NCBI GenBank assembly: GCA_947641735.1
Contig: CANRQR010000003.1
Coordinates: forward strand, 8,392-72,391
DNA: 64,000 nucleotides
Source of the DNA: an uncultured Lactobacillus sp.
GTDB taxonomy: Bacteria; Bacillota; Bacilli; Lactobacillales; Lactobacillaceae
Direction of reading: 5' to 3'
In this document: one piece after another, positions 20,758 through 32,934 of the stretch
Numbering within the stretch: position 1 is the first letter of the stretch
Layout of the letters: each line of letters opens with the position of its first letter
The notes under the pieces: model-generated
The model's database searches: none
What the model was told of the DNA's origin: nothing
What the model saw: only the letters and a program-made list of their open reading frames with translations
Translations under genes and position numbers: made by a program

Positions 20758-21084
20758 ATGGCACAAGAAAATAGCGATAACATGCAAGTTGTAATGGGAA
20801 TTATTATGCAAGCAGGTAATGCAAAAGCTGCTGCTATGCAAGCAATTCAAGCTGCTAAGAAAGGCGATTTTGGAAAGGCTGATGAGTTTATTAAGCAAGC
20901 AAATGAAGGTTTAGTAAATGCTCACAATGTCCAAACCGATATGTTAACCCAAGAAGCACAAGGTAACCACGTAAAAGTTGACCTTTACATGGTTCATGCA
21001 CAAGACCACTTGATGACAGCCATTACTTTTATTGACTTAGCAAAAGAAGTAGTAGCTGTTTACAAAAAAATGGCTGAAAAATAA
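20758..21084 (+). CDS. PTS cellobiose-family EIIA
   Basis: AGNAK, AHNVQT, VHAQDHLM; AGGAG RBS. Confidence 0.93.
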   Translation: MAQENSDNMQVVMGIIMQAGNAKAAAMQAIQAAKKGDFGKADEFIKQANEGLVNAHNVQTDMLTQEAQGNHVKVDLYMVHAQDHLMTAITFIDLAKEVVAVYKKMAEK

Positions 21085-21809
21085 TGACTGCAGAAGCGAA
21101 ATACTTAAAAGTTGCTCGAATTCTACAAAAAAGAATTGAAGATGGAGTCTATAAACCTCAAACTCCCCTTCCTGACCAAAAAACACTTGCAGAAGAATTA
21201 CACGTAAGCCGTTTAACTGTTAAGAAGGCCTTAGATGGTCTACAAAGAAAAGGTCTGGTTTATAAAGAATCTGGTCTCGGCACTTTTGTCTTAGGCCCAA
21301 TTCCAATTCAAGATAAATTTGATTCACCAGCAAATGCTTTTAGTGGTTTAGCTAATCTACTAGGATCTAATGGGGTCACTAGCGATATCATTGAGTTTAA
21401 TGTTGAATTTCCAAATGAAGATGTTCAACATTACTTAAAATTAAAATCTAGCGATCCAGTTTACAATATTCGTCGTCTAAGACGGCTTGAAGGTAAACCT
21501 CTGATTCTGGAACATACATTTATGCCAGTTAACTTAGTTCCAGATTTAAATGAAGATATATTACATAATTCTATCTATAATTATCTTCATCATAATTTGA
21601 AACTTAAATTTGGCGTTGCCTATCGTAAAATTAAAGCTACCAAAGCTGATGATTGGGATCAACAGTATCTTCAAGCCAAAAAAGACGATCCAATCTTAGA
21701 GCTGGAACAAATTGTCTGGTTAAACAATGGTCAACCAGTTGAATATTCAACAAGCCGAAATCGCTACAATGAACGAAATTATGTCGTTTTGGAGACAAAT
21801 AGCTTTTAA
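21084..21809 (+). CDS. GntR/HutC-family regulator
   Basis: LP...LAEELHVSRLTVKKAL, GLGTFV, UTRA domain. Confidence 0.9.
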   Translation: MTAEAKYLKVARILQKRIEDGVYKPQTPLPDQKTLAEELHVSRLTVKKALDGLQRKGLVYKESGLGTFVLGPIPIQDKFDSPANAFSGLANLLGSNGVTSDIIEFNVEFPNEDVQHYLKLKSSDPVYNIRRLRRLEGKPLILEHTFMPVNLVPDLNEDILHNSIYNYLHHNLKLKFGVAYRKIKATKADDWDQQYLQAKKDDPILELEQIVWLNNGQPVEYSTSRNRYNERNYVVLETNSF

Positions 21810-21833
21810 GTAAAAGTTCTAGAGCAATTCTAG

Positions 21834-23369
<1,536 letters not shown>

Positions 23370-23440
23370 AAAACAAGATAGAACCTAGCTTTTTCTAGGC
23401 TCTATTTTTTTGACAAAATAGATAGAGAAAGACAGACAAA

Positions 23441-23854
23441 ATGATTACAATCAAAGAACAAGCAAACTTCGAAGCAAAAGATTTCTTTAATTACCTAGAT
23501 AGGCAACTTACTCAAGCAATTAAAAAATCCCGTGGTAATGACTTACCTGTTAAAATTGCTGCAGGAACAACATATCAACAAAGAAATGTGAAAGCCGAAA
23601 TCACTGAATATGAATTTGGTAAGAAATATGTTTCGGTTTTTAAGTCACCTAAAATAAATGTTAAAATTGGCTACTATTTAACTGATACACCGCAGGGTTG
23701 TCAGATTGTTTTTAAAGAGGATGTTCTTAGCTATGACGAAAAGAAACATTCTAATATCGGTACCTGGTTTTATAGCTGGCAGTTAAAGCAAGGCGCAAAA
23801 AAACAACTAAAGCAAATGAAAAATAATGTCTTAGCCTATACAAAACAAAAATAG
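23441..23854 (+). CDS. DUF3284-like protein
   Basis: 137-aa ORF with the size, pattern and beta-glucoside PTS context typical of DUF3284. Confidence 0.55.
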   Translation: MITIKEQANFEAKDFFNYLDRQLTQAIKKSRGNDLPVKIAAGTTYQQRNVKAEITEYEFGKKYVSVFKSPKINVKIGYYLTDTPQGCQIVFKEDVLSYDEKKHSNIGTWFYSWQLKQGAKKQLKQMKNNVLAYTKQK

Positions 23855-23900
23855 TCCTAGTCTCAAAGAATTTGTATTTTGAGACTAGGACTATTTTTTT
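23847..23900. terminator. Long bidirectional terminator
   Basis: aaaaatagtcctagtctcaaa/tttgagactaggactattttt inverted repeat between convergent genes. Confidence 0.85.
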
Positions 23901-24597
23901 AAATAATATCATCAGAACTTTGATCATAGAATTTAGAGTTTTGATAATTGTATACCAATTTAGAACTATCAAATGGTGTCCCATTGGCTAAATAGAAGGT
24001 ATCATACACTTCTAAACATGGATCCCCTTTTTCTAATTCTAGATATTTGGCTTCATCAGCAGTTAACTTTCTAACACGCATATATTTATCAGAGAAACGA
24101 ATTTCTTTCTTTAAACCATCTTTGATATAGTCAAAAATCGATCCTTCAGCAATTTCCTTACTCATAAACGGAATAATGCTCTTAGGATAATATGATTCTT
24201 CCAAAACAAATGGCTTACCTTCTTGTCTGCGCAATCTTTTTATAAAGTAACATACTTCATCAGAATGCAGATAGTCACATAAAGGTTTAGGAGCCCTTTT
24301 TTCGGCAAACTCAATCACTTCAGTAGTAGGATCTTTTAAGACATGTGCAAAGCCGGCGTTATCAGTAAGTGACATATAGCCATCTCGCCCTGTAGGTCTG
24401 ACAAAAACTCCAGAACCTTGAACTTTATAAACTATTCCTCGTTGAGTCAACAACGTAATCGCTTGTAAGATAGTAGATTTGCCGACCTGATATTCTTTCA
24501 TCAATTCGGTAATTGTTGGTAATTTATCTCCATGATGAAGTTTGTTTTTGGTAATATAAGCTTTTATTTTATCCGCAACTAATTCATATTTTTTCAT
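23899..24597 (-). CDS. GntR/HutC-family regulator
   Basis: KLPT..ELMKEYQVGKSTI, QGSGVFV, UTRA domain. Confidence 0.9.
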   Translation of the reverse strand: MKKYELVADKIKAYITKNKLHHGDKLPTITELMKEYQVGKSTILQAITLLTQRGIVYKVQGSGVFVRPTGRDGYMSLTDNAGFAHVLKDPTTEVIEFAEKRAPKPLCDYLHSDEVCYFIKRLRRQEGKPFVLEESYYPKSIIPFMSKEIAEGSIFDYIKDGLKKEIRFSDKYMRVRKLTADEAKYLELEKGDPCLEVYDTFYLANGTPFDSSKLVYNYQNSKFYDQSSDDII

Positions 24598-24672
24598 TAC
24601 TATGTCCTTAAAATAAAAATCTTCATAGTTATATTTTAAACTACGAAGATTTTAAAAGTCTATACTTTTTAA

Positions 24673-26025
24673 TTATGCTTTAGTAGCATCTGCTTGTTCC
24701 TTCTTAAGCAATTCGTTGTCATAGTGCTTAATAAATGGATACCAAATCAAGAAGGCAATTATAGCATTGACCAAGGCTAAAACAAAACCTTGCCAACTAG
24801 CAGTAGCCATCATACCACCAAGACCTACAGGAATTGGCCATGGTTGTTGAACAATGATCTTAGGAACTAAGTGAGTTGCAATTGCAGCATAAGCAGTCAT
24901 TGAACATACCATTGGAGCAGCTAAGAATGGAATAAACAATTTAATGTTATAAACAATTGGCAAACCAAATAGTAAAGGTTCGTTAATGTTAAATACAGCA
25001 GGAACAGCTTCAAGTTTACCAAGTTCTCGTAATTGCTTTGATCTAGCAGCAAATGCCATCCAAAGAGCCATACCAAGGGTAGCACCAGAACCACCCATAA
25101 TTACAAAGGCGTTTGAGAATTCACCAGCAAACACATAGTGAGCACCAGCAGCATTAGCAGCCATATTTGATAAAACAATGGCTTGATAGAAACTTGAAAT
25201 AATGGTTGCACCATGAATACCAAACCACCATAAGAAGTGGATCAGGAAGAAGATAATTAATACTCCCCACCAGGTATTAGCAATATTTGAAACAAATGAG
25301 AATGGGATAAATAGGAGTTGGAAAATATCTGTACCAAGTACAATTAAAATTACATCAATTACCGCAATAACTACTGCAATGACGAAACCAGGAATTAAGG
25401 CAGTAAATGAGTTAGCAACACCAGATGGAACAGATGCTGGCATCTTAATACGCCAATTATGTTTAATACAGAAGCGATAAATTTGAACAGTTAACCAAGC
25501 AACGATCAAACCAGTAAAAATACCAGTCGCACCAATTCTTGTTAAACCTGATCCAGAGATACCATATCCTCCGGCAACAACATTATCTTTCTTTAAGATA
25601 TTAACAAAAATAGTATTGCCGCCCTTCCAAACTAATTGTGGAACGGTAATGAATAGGCCCATTAAAGTTAAGAAAACAGCGTTTAATGGATCAAGCAATA
25701 AGTTTTCTTCTTTGCGATAAATATCGGCATAGTTATAAGCGAATGATCCAGCAAAGTATATCGCAATAATACCCATTGTGGCGTTGTAAATAACAGTATA
25801 AATATTGTTAAAACGTCCAAATGTATTGTTATAAAAATCTACAAATCCCTTAGCAGTAATAACTTGTGGTAATACTGTTAAGACCAAAAACATAGATCCA
25901 ATGATAGAAAAGGCAATAATAGAATAACCAGCACCCATAATTGCACGTACAAAACGTGAACCTGAGAACTTACCTAAAGCCTTCATCATTTTATTTTTAA
26001 ATGATGGTTGCGCAGTGTCAGACAT
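24673..26025 (-). CDS. PTS cellobiose-family EIIC
   Basis: WWFGIHG, GGSGATL, FNINEPLLFGLPIVYN. Confidence 0.92.
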   Translation of the reverse strand: MSDTAQPSFKNKMMKALGKFSGSRFVRAIMGAGYSIIAFSIIGSMFLVLTVLPQVITAKGFVDFYNNTFGRFNNIYTVIYNATMGIIAIYFAGSFAYNYADIYRKEENLLLDPLNAVFLTLMGLFITVPQLVWKGGNTIFVNILKKDNVVAGGYGISGSGLTRIGATGIFTGLIVAWLTVQIYRFCIKHNWRIKMPASVPSGVANSFTALIPGFVIAVVIAVIDVILIVLGTDIFQLLFIPFSFVSNIANTWWGVLIIFFLIHFLWWFGIHGATIISSFYQAIVLSNMAANAAGAHYVFAGEFSNAFVIMGGSGATLGMALWMAFAARSKQLRELGKLEAVPAVFNINEPLLFGLPIVYNIKLFIPFLAAPMVCSMTAYAAIATHLVPKIIVQQPWPIPVGLGGMMATASWQGFVLALVNAIIAFLIWYPFIKHYDNELLKKEQADATKA

Positions 26026-26047
26026 AGTACATCCCCCTCAATTTGTC

Positions 26048-26545
26048 CTACTGTCTATTACTTTCAAATGTCTTAATTGCTCCTGCATATTTGTCGCGAC
26101 CATTTTGAATGTTGCTAATTCTTCTTAAGATTAAGATGGATCCTAATATTCCAATAATTAAAATCGTAAAGATCACATTTGCGACATCGTTTGTAGCCAT
26201 AAAAGGAAATAGAATCTTTCCAAATGGTAAATAGCAACCCATAGCAAAGATTACATTTGCAGCTAGCTGCAGTTGATAATACAGTTTGGTAAATTTTAAG
26301 TCAGTATTTTTAACATTCCATTTACTTACTTGCTCTACTGAAGCTATTAATAATAAAACAAATAATAATCCTGAAATTATCGAAGCAACAATATCGTGGT
26401 AACAAATTGCAAAAACTAACCAAAATAGATTAGTGAATAAGAACGTCGCAGAAAAATAACGAATCATTAAATAGCGGCTAAAATTTATAGATCTTACACT
26501 CATGTCATGTTTCTTTTGTTCTAAACTCTGATCTTTTTTAGTCAT
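26048..26545 (-). CDS. 4-TM hypothetical membrane protein of beta-glucoside PTS loci
   Basis: FSRYLMIRYFSATFLFTNLFW; AAGGA RBS before ATG 26545. Confidence 0.7.
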   Translation of the reverse strand: MTKKDQSLEQKKHDMSVRSINFSRYLMIRYFSATFLFTNLFWLVFAICYHDIVASIISGLLFVLLLIASVEQVSKWNVKNTDLKFTKLYYQLQLAANVIFAMGCYLPFGKILFPFMATNDVANVIFTILIIGILGSILILRRISNIQNGRDKYAGAIKTFESNRQ

Positions 26546-26611
26546 TATTGTATCTGTCCTTTCAATATTGTTCCTGAACAATTCAGACAACACCTGTATA
26601 ATACTCCACTA

Positions 26612-26625
26612 TGAAACCGCTTGCA
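26612..26625. promoter_or_regulatory. cre site
   Basis: TGAAACCGCTTGCA in the divergent promoter region; another cre-like GAAAACGCTTAC near 26711. Confidence 0.6.
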
Positions 26626-26656
26626 ACAATAATAACTGTTTTCTTATAAAAAATAA

Positions 26657-28192
<1,536 letters not shown>

Positions 28193-28243
28193 CCATCAAA
28201 AATAGGATTTAGAGTGCTTCTAAATCCTATTTTTTTATTTTTA

Positions 28244-28270
28244 TTAGCACCGCTCTAATTAGAGTGCTAA
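28244..28270 (+). promoter_or_regulatory. CIRCE element (HrcA operator)
   Basis: TTAGCACcg-N9-GAGTGCTAA upstream of hsp20; 2 mismatches in left arm. Confidence 0.85.
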
Positions 28271-28339
28271 ATATTTTACTTTCCCTACGGACCTACTACA
28301 ATAGAAATTGTAGAGAGCGTAATGGAAGGAAGTTTTATT

Positions 28340-28771
28340 ATGGCAAACGAAATGATGAAAAATCGTAACAACGATAATATGATGGATCAATTAAGTGATT
28401 GGTTTAGTTTTCCAAAAGACTTTTTTGACGACAGTTCCATCAAGAACATTATGCAATCTGATGTAGCAGAAACTGATAAGGACTATATTGTTAAGGTTGA
28501 CATGCCAGGAATGGATAAGAAAGACATCAAAGTTTCATATAAAGATGGCGTTCTAAACGTTTCAGGTAGTCGGGATTCATTCGATAACTTAGACAATAAC
28601 AATGGCAATGTTCTTCACCGTGAAAGAAGCGTTGGTCACATTCAAAGAAGTTATCGTATTCCTGATGTTGACTCTAAAGACATTTCCGCAAAAGACGTCA
28701 ATGGCGTTTTAACCATTACCTTACCAAAGTTAACTGAAGAAGATAAGGAAAATACAATTAATATTGAATAA
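28340..28771 (+). CDS. Small heat shock protein (Hsp20/alpha-crystallin)
   Basis: DVAETDKDY..VDMPG, RERSVG, NGVLTITLPK. Confidence 0.93.
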   Translation: MANEMMKNRNNDNMMDQLSDWFSFPKDFFDDSSIKNIMQSDVAETDKDYIVKVDMPGMDKKDIKVSYKDGVLNVSGSRDSFDNLDNNNGNVLHRERSVGHIQRSYRIPDVDSKDISAKDVNGVLTITLPKLTEEDKENTINIE

Positions 28772-28815
28772 ATATTTAGATAAGAAAAAGACATCCCGCA
28801 TAAGCGAGATGTCTT

Positions 28816-29277
28816 TTAATTTACAGCGATAATTTTAACATCATAACTTCCAGCTGGCGCTTCAACAGTTACTGTTGCACCAGCTTTTTGCTTCATTAAG
28901 GCTTGCCCTAAAGGCGAATCAAAGGATATCTTTCCCTTAGCTAAATCTGCTTCCATTCTACCAACAATACGATATTTTTCAGCTTCATCATCACCATCAA
29001 AAAGCAAAGTAACATTTGATCCTAAATCAATAGTTCCACTTTCATCTTTTTGAATAATTTCTGAATATCTTAATTGCTTATCTAAATAGCGCAAGCGACT
29101 TTGCAAATGCCCTAATTCCATCTTAGCTGTAGTATATTCAGAGTTTTCTGATAAGTCTCCCATACTACGAGCTTCTTGTAAGATTTTAATTCTTCGTGGC
29201 CGATCTTTTTTTAAGCGGGCTATCTCGTCTTTAATTTCCTGATAGCCTTCAGGCGTCATTTTCTGATAATAAACCAT
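28816..29277 (-). CDS. greA: GreA/GreB family transcription elongation factor (probable second paralog)
   Basis: MTPEG, GDLSENSEY, ISFDSPLGQAL. Confidence 0.88.
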   Translation of the reverse strand: MVYYQKMTPEGYQEIKDEIARLKKDRPRRIKILQEARSMGDLSENSEYTTAKMELGHLQSRLRYLDKQLRYSEIIQKDESGTIDLGSNVTLLFDGDDEAEKYRIVGRMEADLAKGKISFDSPLGQALMKQKAGATVTVEAPAGSYDVKIIAVN

Positions 29278-29906
29278 TATTTAACCTTAACATCATTTCC
29301 AGTAATCACATCTTGCTTGTAAAGATCACCATTCTTTACGGAATAATGACCAACAATTGTTCCAGTTGACTTCTCAGCTAAAGAATATTGTCCATTACCA
29401 CCATCAATTAACGTAAAGTTGTCTGGGCCATAGCTACTTGAGTAGCCATTTTCTTTGATAGTATTAGAAACCATCTTATTAAACATAGCATCTGAAGAGC
29501 TATTAGCTGACGCAGCACTTTGACCGCCATTATTTTGAGTATTAGATGCTGAAGAATTGGATGAGCCATTTGAATTATTTGTATTTTTTGATTCATTTGA
29601 ATTAGAAGAAGCATTCGAGTTTGCTGATTCATTCTGGCTAGCTTTTTCACTAGTACTACTCTTGGAACCTTCGCTGCTATTCTTATCAGTTTTTTTATCT
29701 GAGTTAGTAGTTTCTGAATTATCAGTATCTATATCAGTCTTATCTTTCTTAGTTGTATGTTTTTTAGCTTTGTGGCTCTTTTTATGGCTTGTCTTAGTAC
29801 TTTTAGCTTCATTATTAGTATTTGATTGGGTCGCATTATTACTACAACCTACAGCTAAAAGCATTGTCATTAGGGTAATTCCTGATACAAAAATATTCTT
29901 TTTCAT
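29277..29906 (-). CDS. Lipoprotein with Ser/Asn-rich linker
   Basis: Lipobox LAVGC; low-complexity middle region. Confidence 0.8.
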   Translation of the reverse strand: MKKNIFVSGITLMTMLLAVGCSNNATQSNTNNEAKSTKTSHKKSHKAKKHTTKKDKTDIDTDNSETTNSDKKTDKNSSEGSKSSTSEKASQNESANSNASSNSNESKNTNNSNGSSNSSASNTQNNGGQSAASANSSSDAMFNKMVSNTIKENGYSSSYGPDNFTLIDGGNGQYSLAEKSTGTIVGHYSVKNGDLYKQDVITGNDVKVK

Positions 29907-30067
29907 AGTTCTTCCCTCCGATATTGTTATAAATATTATACTTCATAACGTCTATTGAAATACTTATGAAAGCTACTTTCATTCACAAAATTAGTGTATT
30001 AAATCATTATTTGCTGTATAGTAAATATAATGAAAAACATGATAAAAAAATTAAAGGAGTGTAATCT

Positions 30068-31378
30068 ATGTCTCACGAATTAACCCTACAAGAAATTGAT
30101 CAATTCCGTAGTGACTTTGATAATTCACGTAATCAAGTAGTTTCTCGCGCAGCAATGCGATCTGGTGTGTTAGAAGCTTCATTTAATCCGGCAGTTACTA
30201 ACCGTCTAAACGATGTATTCTCTGTCGAAGTAGAAACTGATAATGTTACTAACCAAATGCAGTCAGGTCGTTGCTGGTTATTTGCAACCTTAAATACTTT
30301 ACGCCATGATTTTGGTAAAAAATATAAGGCTAAAAATTTCACCTTATCTCAAGCATACAACTTCTTCTGGGATAAGATTGAACGTGCTAATATTTTCTAT
30401 GATGCAATTATTGATTCTGCAGATAAGCCCTTAGATGATCGCACAGTTAAGGCATATATGAATTTTGCTGGTGCAGATGGTGGTCAATGGGCAATGGCTG
30501 CTTCCTTAGTGAAAAAATACGGTGTTGTCCCAACCAATGCAATGCCTGAAAGTTTTAATACTAATCATACAGCTGGTTTATCTGATGCGCTAGCTCGTAA
30601 AGAAAGAAAAGATGCTTTAGTTTTACGTAAATTAGTTCAAGAAGGTAAAACTGAAGAAGTTGAAAAGAAACGCAAAGAATTTCTAAGTGAAATCTACCGC
30701 ATGACTGCAATTGCTGTGGGCGAACCTCCTAAAACTTTTGACTTAGAGTACCGCGATGATGAGAAAAAACTTCACTTGGATAAAAATTTGACTCCAGTTG
30801 AATTTTTCAATAAGTACTGGGATATTAATTTCAATGATTATGTTTGCTTAACTAATGCTCCAGATCATGAATACGGCAAACTTTACTCTCTTCCATTTGA
30901 AGACAATGTCAATGGCGGTATTCCTATTACCTTCTTAAATGTTCCAATCGAATACTTAAAAGACGCTGCTATTAAGCAATTAAAAGATGGTGAAAGTGTT
31001 TGGTTTGGTAATGATGTCTTGAAAGAAATGGATCGTAAGACTGGTTACCTAGATACTGAATTATACAAGACCGATGAATTATTTGATGTTGATACTTATA
31101 TGACTAAGGCAGAAAGATTGGCTACTGGTGAAGGCGAAGTTAGCCACGCTATGACTTTAGTTGGTGTTGACTTAGATAAGGGTGAAATTCGTAAGTGGAA
31201 AGTTGAAAACTCATGGAGTGAAAAATCTGGCCGTAAAGGTTACTTCACAATGAGCGATAAGTGGTTTGACGAATTTGTTTATGAAGTGGTTGTTAGAAAA
31301 GAGTTCTTAACTGAAGATCAAAAGAAACTTGCAGAAAGCAAGCCAACTCCACTTCCTGCTTGGGATTCACTAGCTTAA
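30068..31378 (+). CDS. C1B cysteine peptidase (PepC/PepE-like)
   Basis: QMQSGRCWLFA, DGGQW, SHAM, WKVENSW. Confidence 0.92.
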   Translation: MSHELTLQEIDQFRSDFDNSRNQVVSRAAMRSGVLEASFNPAVTNRLNDVFSVEVETDNVTNQMQSGRCWLFATLNTLRHDFGKKYKAKNFTLSQAYNFFWDKIERANIFYDAIIDSADKPLDDRTVKAYMNFAGADGGQWAMAASLVKKYGVVPTNAMPESFNTNHTAGLSDALARKERKDALVLRKLVQEGKTEEVEKKRKEFLSEIYRMTAIAVGEPPKTFDLEYRDDEKKLHLDKNLTPVEFFNKYWDINFNDYVCLTNAPDHEYGKLYSLPFEDNVNGGIPITFLNVPIEYLKDAAIKQLKDGESVWFGNDVLKEMDRKTGYLDTELYKTDELFDVDTYMTKAERLATGEGEVSHAMTLVGVDLDKGEIRKWKVENSWSEKSGRKGYFTMSDKWFDEFVYEVVVRKEFLTEDQKKLAESKPTPLPAWDSLA

Positions 31379-31469
31379 ATACTTATATTTATAAAAATAG
31401 ACTTCTGCAAAACTCTGGCAGAAGTCTATTTTTTTATCCTAAATTTAATAATACAAGTCCTATAAATTT

Positions 31470-31853
31470 TTATAATTCTTCTTTTTTACTATCATCGATA
31501 AATTTCTGCATAACTTTAGGACTACTAATCAAAATTTTTAATAAACGATTATCGCTAACTGATGGTAATCCGCCAGCTTCATATATAGCAACTGTCGCTA
31601 CAGTCCAGCCTAAAACTTCAGCAAGTTTTGCTTGGCTAAAATCCCAATAATGACGCAAATTTTTAATATCTTCTGGTGAAACAATATCAAATTGTTTCCG
31701 ATATTTTTCTAATGCTAATTTTGCTGCATAATCATCAAGTTCCAAATCAGCCATTACTTTACCAGTTTTTTCATCAAAACGTGCGGGTGCAGTAATTACA
31801 ATCTCATGACCACGAATATCATAGCTATTAGTATAATCTGCAATATAAGACAT
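31470..31853 (-). CDS. MqsA-like type II antitoxin (XRE HTH)
   Basis: IRGHEIVITAPARFD N-domain; SPEDIKNLR..SQAKLAEVLGW..TVAIYEAG HTH. Confidence 0.75.
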   Translation of the reverse strand: MSYIADYTNSYDIRGHEIVITAPARFDEKTGKVMADLELDDYAAKLALEKYRKQFDIVSPEDIKNLRHYWDFSQAKLAEVLGWTVATVAIYEAGGLPSVSDNRLLKILISSPKVMQKFIDDSKKEEL

Positions 31854-31868
31854 TTTTTATCTCCTCAC

Positions 31869-32159
31869 TTAGTACAATGCTTCATGAAAGGAAATAAAAA
31901 CAACTATATTTCCTTCATTTTTAAATTTAAACTTTATATAATACTTCGATCCATAAGTAGTTTCATAAATCCACACATATGTATTAGGATACTGTTTATC
32001 CTCTTCTTTAATAAAATCTTTTATAGAAAGATATGAAACAATAATTTTAGCTAGTTCTTTTGAAACTGGTGTAGCGTGTTTTGCTCTTCTCTTAACCAAT
32101 AAAAATTGATTATTCTTTACTAAGTTTTTCATTCTTTTTAGTGCAAAGACTGGCTCCAC
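31869..32159 (-). CDS. MqsR-like type II toxin (RelE-fold RNase)
   Basis: Basic 96-aa ORF ending YYIKFKF...VFISFHE, upstream of the HTH antitoxin. Confidence 0.7.
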   Translation of the reverse strand: MEPVFALKRMKNLVKNNQFLLVKRRAKHATPVSKELAKIIVSYLSIKDFIKEEDKQYPNTYVWIYETTYGSKYYIKFKFKNEGNIVVFISFHEALY

Positions 32160-32265
32160 TTTTATACCTCTATTTTACGTAATTTATTTTTAAACTCATA
32201 TTTAATTACGCAAAAATAGAGATATTTTTTTAAAAAAGCTAACTGAAAAATCAGTTAGCTTCTCT

Positions 32266-32919
32266 CTATACATTCCATTCATCCATAAATTCTTGAACAA
32301 ACTCACGCATATACTCAGTTCTCCGGTGTGCTTCTTTTTTAGCAGCAGGCGTATTCATTAGGTCTTCTAAATCAAATAACTTTTCATAAAAATGATTAAT
32401 TGTGGTTTCTACATGGTTGCGATATTGATCATGACTTATTAGCTTCTCAGGCTTAATTTCTGGGTCATAAATCTTATTTCCGTGTTTTCCACCATAAGTA
32501 AATGCTCTAGCAATTCCAATTGCACCTAAACTTTCAATCCGATCAGCATCTTGCACATATTGTCCACTCAAAGGAAGTTGATAATGATGCTCAATATTAG
32601 CTGAAAAAGACATATGCTGAATAGTAAATAAAACATCTTCTATTTCTAAAGAAGTAAAGCCACCCTTAGGCAATAGTTCTTTGATTTCGTCTATAACTTC
32701 ATCAGGATTGTCACAAATTTTTTCATCGATTGTATCATGTAAATAACTTCCTGTCTGAATAATAGCTACTATTCTGCTGTCTTTATGTGCATCTGGATAA
32801 TCACTTAGATACATTTTTGTGGCTAAATTTGCCACTCTTTGTCCATGGTAGTAATCATGACCTGTTTTTTCACCTTTTAGATGATCTTTAGTAAATTTTT
32901 TAACTAATTCGATGTTCAT
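32266..32919 (-). CDS. HD-domain phosphohydrolase
   Basis: GHD..H..RV, LHDTIDEK, VQDADRIESLGAIGIAR, HFYEKL. Confidence 0.9.
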   Translation of the reverse strand: MNIELVKKFTKDHLKGEKTGHDYYHGQRVANLATKMYLSDYPDAHKDSRIVAIIQTGSYLHDTIDEKICDNPDEVIDEIKELLPKGGFTSLEIEDVLFTIQHMSFSANIEHHYQLPLSGQYVQDADRIESLGAIGIARAFTYGGKHGNKIYDPEIKPEKLISHDQYRNHVETTINHFYEKLFDLEDLMNTPAAKKEAHRRTEYMREFVQEFMDEWNV

Positions 32920-32934
32920 AGTCGATCCCCTAGA

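Noticed and set aside
29408-29958. ORFs overlapping the lipoprotein at 29277-29906
   Set aside because: Artefacts of low-complexity Ser/Asn coding sequence
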